This document shows, piece after piece, positions 58,630 through 64,000 of a DNA stretch of 64,000 bases. Made by a program: the position numbers and the translations under genes. Below the pieces are notes generated by a model. The model ran no database searches. It worked only from the letters and a program-made list of their open reading frames with translations, and was not told the origin of the DNA. Within the stretch, counting starts at the first letter, position 1. Each line of letters opens with the position of its first letter. The stretch is taken from the NCBI GenBank assembly GCA_041661275.1, contig JBAZUU010000001.1, positions 101,057 to 165,056 on the forward strand, given 5' to 3'. This DNA comes from Parcubacteria group bacterium (GTDB lineage Bacteria; Patescibacteriota; Minisyncoccia; Moranbacterales; UBA2206).

Positions 58630-58914
58630 TTCCCCCTCCTGTCAAAAAACTTCAACATAGCATTTTTCCGCGTTTTATCCGCGTCCTAATCAGCGACAAA
58701 TCCGCGACTTTTACACTAATCTGCAGGCAAAATCCCAAAGCTAGGCCCCGGGGGAAGGAGCAACATCGAGGTACGATCGAGCCGAAACCCAATACGCCCA
58801 TGTCTTGAAAAAAGCTCCCATATTGAGGACAAAAGATAGAAGTCCCCAATTTGCCTGCAATTTACTGCTAATCATCTGAAAACCGCTTATTTGCGAGCTT
58901 TTCGATGACTTTAG

Positions 58915-58943
58915 AGTGTAGCACATCTGGTAATTTTTGTCAA
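58915..58943 (-). promoter_or_regulatory. Sigma-70 promoter
   Basis: TTGACA-17 bp-TACACT with extended TG on the minus strand. Confidence 0.6.
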
Positions 58944-59080
58944 ACAGGGGTATAATAACTGCAGACGGTAATTTTTAATTTTTAATTTTTAATTTGAAAT
59001 GAATGTAAAAATGATTAAATTTCAAATTTATTCATTTAAAATTCAATAAAAAATTTCAAATTTCAAATTTCAAATTTTCA

Positions 59081-60082
59081 GTGATAACCACTTCCCACGA
59101 GCAAATTGACGACATAAATCTGGATTCTACCCTGCGCCCCCAAACATTCAATGAATATATCGGACAGGAAAAGGTGAAGAAAAATCTGGAGATCCTGATT
59201 GGCGCGGCGCGACACAGAAAAGAACCGATTGAACATGTTCTTCTCTATGGTCCGGCAGGCTTGGGCAAAACAACACTGGCCAACATCATTGCTAAAGAAA
59301 TGGGCGTGGGGATAAAGACTACTTCCGGTCCGGCTATTGAACGCGTTGGCGATTTCGGCTCAATTTTGACTAATTTATCCGACGGCGACATTCTTTTCAT
59401 CGATGAAATTCACAGATTGAACAAGTCTATCGAAGAAATCCTCTATCCGGCCATGGAAGATTTTAAGCTGGATATCATTATTGGAAAGGGACCGAGCGCC
59501 AGAACCATTCAACTCGATTTGCCAAAATTTACCCTGATTGGCGCTACAACAAAATTAGGATCACTGTCAAATCCCCTGCGTAATCGCTTTGGAGCAGTCC
59601 ACCGCCTGGAATTTTATACCAACGGAGAAATTGAAAAAATCCTGGAACGCTCTTCCAAAATTCTCGGCACCGACGTTCACAAGTCAGGTCTCCAAAAAAT
59701 CGCGTCTTGCGCCCGGCAAACTCCAAGAGTGGCCAATAGACTTCTGAAACGGGTTCGAGATTTTGCTCAAATTCATAACCATAAAACCGTTGATGAAAAT
59801 ATCGCTCAAAAAGCCCTCGAAATGATAGATGTTGATCATATCGGCCTTGAACCGGCCGACAAGCAGATCCTAAAAACTATCATTGAAAAATTCGGTGGCG
59901 GACCGGTGGGACTGGGAACTATCGCCGCGGCAACACAAGAAGAAATAAAAACCATTGAAGATGTCTATGAACCATATCTTTTGCAGATTGGATTTCTGGC
60001 GAGAACACCGAGAGGTCGCATGGCAACGGAACTGGCCTATAACCATTTGGGAATAAAATATATTAATAACACACTTCTATGA
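59081..60082 (+). CDS. ruvB: Holliday junction helicase RuvB
   Basis: [35 protein letters not shown]. Confidence 0.97.
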   Translation: MITTSHEQIDDINLDSTLRPQTFNEYIGQEKVKKNLEILIGAARHRKEPIEHVLLYGPAGLGKTTLANIIAKEMGVGIKTTSGPAIERVGDFGSILTNLSDGDILFIDEIHRLNKSIEEILYPAMEDFKLDIIIGKGPSARTIQLDLPKFTLIGATTKLGSLSNPLRNRFGAVHRLEFYTNGEIEKILERSSKILGTDVHKSGLQKIASCARQTPRVANRLLKRVRDFAQIHNHKTVDENIAQKALEMIDVDHIGLEPADKQILKTIIEKFGGGPVGLGTIAAATQEEIKTIEDVYEPYLLQIGFLARTPRGRMATELAYNHLGIKYINNTLL

Positions 60083-60312
60083 TGACCGGACTTATTTTTC
60101 TTCTTTACGCCATAATCATTATTATGTTTGTCGTGACCTATTTTTTTATCATCTATCACCTGGTCAGATATTCCCTGAAACCATCACTCAACAATATCGT
60201 TCTCCCTATTTTTATCATCGGTTCGACCCTTCTTCTCATTTCCAACGTTGCGCTTTTTTTCTCCGTTAACTGGCAAATATTTCTCGCTAATTTTCCCATA
60301 AATTTAAGATAA
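60079..60312 (+). CDS. Small membrane protein
   Basis: Two TM helices; ATGA overlap with ruvB. Confidence 0.7.
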   Translation: MMTGLIFLLYAIIIIMFVVTYFFIIYHLVRYSLKPSLNNIVLPIFIIGSTLLLISNVALFFSVNWQIFLANFPINLR

Positions 60313-60314
60313 AA

Positions 60315-60905
60315 ATGAAAGATTTCACCAAATATCATTTTAAGGGTCAGGAAGACAGAGAAAAAGTTCTCCTGGTTCTTCACCGCCACTGGTTTGACAT
60401 CTTGAGCCAATTTCTGGTTATGATAGGGATGCTTTTTCTCCTTTTTGGCAGCTTTATTATCCTCCCAATTGTCTTTCCGGCCATATCCGAAGGAGCCAAT
60501 CATAATCTTTTTCTTTTTTTGGAAAATCTTTTCTTTATGCTCACTTGGATTATGCTATTCCTTATCTGGGTTGATTATTACTTTGATGTTTGGATTGTCA
60601 CCGACAACCGCATCGTAAATATCGATCAAAAGGGACTTTTTTCGCGCGAAGTGTCAGAACTGGAACTGGATAAGATCCAGGATATCACTACTGACGTTAA
60701 GGGCGTTATCCCAACTTTTCTCAATTTCGGCGATCTGCAGGTGCAAACTGCCGCCGAAGAGGAGCGCTTTCTTTTTCACAACATTCCCGATCCATATGAC
60801 GTGAAAAATATCATCATGAATCTGCACAAAAACAGCGAGAAAAAAATTGAGAATGAATTTGGCAATATGCTCAAAGAAAAAGTTCTTCATGAGGATTCTG
60901 TATAA
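60315..60905 (+). CDS. Bacterial PH domain membrane protein
   Basis: WIVTDNRIV..DQKGLF, IQD, NFGDLQVQTA, IPDP. Confidence 0.88.
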   Translation: MKDFTKYHFKGQEDREKVLLVLHRHWFDILSQFLVMIGMLFLLFGSFIILPIVFPAISEGANHNLFLFLENLFFMLTWIMLFLIWVDYYFDVWIVTDNRIVNIDQKGLFSREVSELELDKIQDITTDVKGVIPTFLNFGDLQVQTAAEEERFLFHNIPDPYDVKNIIMNLHKNSEKKIENEFGNMLKEKVLHEDSV

Positions 60906-60934
60906 AATTTGACTTAATCAATTCATCAAGGAGG

Positions 60935-62602
60935 GTGAAAGAAAAAAATAACATCTTCTCGTCGTTATTCTTCCTGTTGCTAACAACAGTTTTTTTCGGC
61001 TTTCCAAGCGGCAGTATAGCAGACGGTAGTGATGTAATAATAAATCAGATAATGATTGAGGATTGTGAAAATACAAAAAATGAGTTTATTGAATTATATA
61101 ATAATTCTGACAATGACATAATTTTGGATGGATACAAACTGATCAAAAAAACGAAAAGTGGAAACAAAAGTAACCTTGTTTCTTCGGAAAAATTCAAAGG
61201 TACAATCCCATCTAAGGGATATTTTCTCATCGCTCCTCAAAAATATGCTCCTGCTATAGTCGCGGATCTCCCTTACTCGGTAGCAGATGCTTCAATTGCC
61301 GACGATAGTACCATTATCCTGTATGATGATCAGACTGAAAAAAATATAGTGGATATGGTTGATTATGGAGCAGTAATCGACATTAATTTCGAAACAAAAC
61401 CAACATTCAATCCGCCTAAAGGAAAAAGTATCGAAAGAAAAAATCATAAGGATACGGGCAACAATTTCGATGATTTTGTCCTGTCGGATTCCATAGCCAG
61501 AAATACAAAGTCCAAAACATCCGTTGACGGTATAAAGAATACTTCCTGCACACTTTCAGAAAACATAGATGAAAATATTTCCGTTGAATATGACAAAAAT
61601 ATTTATAAAAATATCTCTGCCGATTTTGACGTTGATTATATCGGATCGACTGATGCTACAAAATACACCTGGACTTTTGGCGACGGCCACAAAAGTTATC
61701 TGCAAAAAACTACTCACAAATACGAAGAGGCTGGAACATATGCAGCTAGCATAACTATCCGCGGCGATAAAGATGCTAAGAAAAATTTTGAAGTGGAAGT
61801 GGAAGAATATGAAGCGCCAAAAGTGAGAATTATCCGCCTTTCTCCCAATCCTAAGGGGGTCGACACAAAAAATGAGTGGATTGAAATTCAAAATGATTCC
61901 AAGAAAAAAATTGATATGATCGACTGGACAATCGCTACTGGCTGGGACAAACTAATTAATCACAAAATTACCAAAAAATTTGTCATTAAATCCAAAAAAA
62001 GCGCCAAAATCACCAGCAAGTATTGCGCTTTTACGCTTAACAACATCAAAAACAAAATTGAGCTGCGCGATCCGACCGGCGAAACGGTGCAGAAAATAAA
62101 ATACAACCGGAAAAAAGATAAAATTGAAGATGATGAAATTTTTGCGATATCTGGAAAAAATTGGGAATGGAATAAACCGATGAATAATAGCGCGCCGGAA
62201 GAAAATAATACGGAATTAAATTCTGACAACAATATTCCCCCTCTCCCCTCGGGAGAGGATGTCCGCCAAAATTTTTCTGAAAATTTAGAGCGGACAGGAG
62301 AGGGCTCTAAAGAGAATACGGGAGATATAATTATTATTCCTCAATCTGAAATAGATTCCGGCATCGGAAAAGCTACGCCAGATATTTCCTGGCAAAACAA
62401 AAAGGATAATCGGATAATTCTTATCGGTTACGGCACAACCATTAATACGCCAGTAAATTTATTAAATATTCCCCACGGCCAAGTTCTGGGCGCATCAGAC
62501 GAAAAATATTTCCCACCCGAAAAACATTGGGCAGTTTCGCTATTTGATAATTCAGTCAGAAAAATAAATTTTGGTTTGAATTGGGTTTTGAGTAGGATAT
62601 AA
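60935..62602 (+). CDS. Secreted protein with lamin-tail domains and a PKD domain
   Basis: EFIELYN and EWIEIQN lamin-tail motifs; YTWTFGDG...HKY..AGTY PKD motif. Confidence 0.85.
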   Translation: MKEKNNIFSSLFFLLLTTVFFGFPSGSIADGSDVIINQIMIEDCENTKNEFIELYNNSDNDIILDGYKLIKKTKSGNKSNLVSSEKFKGTIPSKGYFLIAPQKYAPAIVADLPYSVADASIADDSTIILYDDQTEKNIVDMVDYGAVIDINFETKPTFNPPKGKSIERKNHKDTGNNFDDFVLSDSIARNTKSKTSVDGIKNTSCTLSENIDENISVEYDKNIYKNISADFDVDYIGSTDATKYTWTFGDGHKSYLQKTTHKYEEAGTYAASITIRGDKDAKKNFEVEVEEYEAPKVRIIRLSPNPKGVDTKNEWIEIQNDSKKKIDMIDWTIATGWDKLINHKITKKFVIKSKKSAKITSKYCAFTLNNIKNKIELRDPTGETVQKIKYNRKKDKIEDDEIFAISGKNWEWNKPMNNSAPEENNTELNSDNNIPPLPSGEDVRQNFSENLERTGEGSKENTGDIIIIPQSEIDSGIGKATPDISWQNKKDNRIILIGYGTTINTPVNLLNIPHGQVLGASDEKYFPPEKHWAVSLFDNSVRKINFGLNWVLSRI

Positions 62603-62644
62603 AAAAATTTGGACATCCCAGTTTGGGATATCCAAATTAAATCC

Positions 62645-63106
62645 TTAAAAAAGTTTCTTTTGCGGGTCAGTCCTCTCTAAATGTTTTCTGACTTTCGAAA
62701 GAAATTCTTCCGAAGTCACAAGCGCGCTCCTTGCCTCCTCCTTACTAACCGGAGTCATAGGATCATAAGTAAATTTATTGCGTTTTTTGCGCATCTTATC
62801 AAAGATTTTTATCAATGAGTTAAATTTATCCCCCAATATCATACCGGACACTTCCACTGTGGTTTTATGTTGTTGCCCGTCATCCGGCCGCAAGCCATGA
62901 AGAAATATTATAGCTCTGGCAATTTTCAACATGCCTGTATAAGCCATGGCATAACAAGTTTCTTCATCGATAGCCAGGGTTTTTCTGGCAGCCGACAAAT
63001 TCTTTTCGGCACTTCTCATTAATGCTCTGACTTGATCAAGCCCGATACGCTCTCTCTTCAGAAACCCTTTTTGCACAAGCTTATTGAAGTAATTTTCTAA
63101 ATTCAT
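62645..63106 (-). CDS. HEPN domain protein
   Basis: AYTGML..ARA, QHK, RKKRNKFTY; overlaps the upstream MNT gene. Confidence 0.85.
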   Translation of the reverse strand: MNLENYFNKLVQKGFLKRERIGLDQVRALMRSAEKNLSAARKTLAIDEETCYAMAYTGMLKIARAIIFLHGLRPDDGQQHKTTVEVSGMILGDKFNSLIKIFDKMRKKRNKFTYDPMTPVSKEEARSALVTSEEFLSKVRKHLERTDPQKKLF

Positions 63107-63659
63107 TTTTATTTTTGGTTAATAATATATATTTTTTTGTTACATTTTGCAGAAATGAATCCTTTTTGATTTTTTTTAGAAACTCTGCCACTCCCCAAAT
63201 ATGATAGTTGATTTCCCGATCAATTTCTTTTTCTATTTTTGATATTTTAGCTATCAACTCATCTTCGTCGGGATTTCCAATAATGAACAGATCCACATCA
63301 GAATTTCCTCCAAAGTCTCCTTTGGCGTATGATCCGAAGATAAAAGCGAATTCGATATTAGATATTTTTTTCACTACCGATTCCAGCCCCGCCTCGATAC
63401 CAATAGTTTTCCTGACAATATTTTGCACATCAAAGAAAATCGGATCTTGTTTATTGGCAAAATAATAGCGTCGGCTGGCGACCATTTCCGATTTGATTAT
63501 TCCAGTTTTCAGCATTTTCTCCAGCTCTCGTTGAGCTGTTCCAGGAGACGCCGCAACTATTCTGGCTATTTCACTTAGATAAAATTTCTTATCCTCATTG
63601 GAAAACAGGAGTTTCGCAATACCTTGTCGGGTTTTTGATTTGAAAAATAGGTTTAACAT
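63081..63659 (-). CDS. HTH-fused minimal nucleotidyltransferase (MNT)
   Basis: N-terminal wHTH; FGSYAKG...SDVDLFIIG. Confidence 0.9.
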   Translation of the reverse strand: MLNLFFKSKTRQGIAKLLFSNEDKKFYLSEIARIVAASPGTAQRELEKMLKTGIIKSEMVASRRYYFANKQDPIFFDVQNIVRKTIGIEAGLESVVKKISNIEFAFIFGSYAKGDFGGNSDVDLFIIGNPDEDELIAKISKIEKEIDREINYHIWGVAEFLKKIKKDSFLQNVTKKYILLTKNKNEFRKLLQ

Positions 63660-63800
63660 ATCTTTATCTTAGCACATACTCTATTTTGAGTAAATACTTA
63701 CTCATAATAGAGTAATGAGTTTTCTTCGTAAAGAAACAAAAAAAGGAAGCGCCCGCGATGGAACGCTTCCTGTCTAAAATACTTCTTTTATCTAAAAAGG

Positions 63801-63980
63801 TTAACGGGGATTTTTCTTTTTCACAAATCTGTCCCAAAGAGGTATAGCGCCCATAAAAAACATTACAAGCCCATATACCCAAAGAGGAATTCCGAACACA
63901 TCTTCTACCGGGTAAGCGCTACTTCTGCCTGCCCAAATCAACACAATTCCGGTAATAATTTCAAGGTAATAAATAAGCAT
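63801..63980 (-). CDS. 59-aa membrane protein (absent from the ORF track)
   Basis: MLIYYLEIITGIVLIWAG...WVYGLVMFFMGAIPLW; GAGGGAG RBS; downstream hairpin at 63743-63771. Confidence 0.55.
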   Translation of the reverse strand: MLIYYLEIITGIVLIWAGRSSAYPVEDVFGIPLWVYGLVMFFMGAIPLWDRFVKKKNPR

Positions 63981-64000
63981 AGCAAATCTCCCTCATCTAA

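Noticed and set aside
58652-58849. 65-aa minus-strand ORF
   Set aside because: TTG start, no RBS; coincides with the structured leader

Overview
AT-rich bacterial chromosome segment using the standard genetic code (polA, holA, ruvB and pyk end in TGA). Gene content (CPR-type pilin, tandem PilB, TrmB regulators, DUF3048, K-rich RpoD N-terminus, many genes without a Shine-Dalgarno) suggests a Patescibacteria/CPR genome, plausibly Moranbacteria-like; this is inference. Housekeeping genes: rpoD, dnaG, pyk, htpX, lemA, murE, ruvA, ruvB, rpsT, holA, mutM, polA, tsaE, rsgA, a DEAD-box helicase, a cold-shock protein, tRNA-Ser(GGA) and tRNA-Gly(CCC). Accessory blocks: Fic and Doc proteins, an MNT-HEPN pair, a copper operon (CsoR, DsbD/cupredoxin, CopA), a sortase with an LPxTG substrate, a B12-binding radical SAM and an SF2 helicase fused to a sigma-70 region 4. 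The strongest unexplained signal is about 950 nt at 37230-38180 with no convincing ORF, bounded by a sigma-70 promoter and a terminator and packed with hairpins and complementary loops: a candidate large structured ncRNA. Also notable: a duplicated 120-nt hairpin element, a structured leader at 58720-58860, a possible sortase-anchored amyloid-like system, and several palindromic repeat families inserted in frame into core proteins. No CRISPR array, rRNA or transposase was seen.
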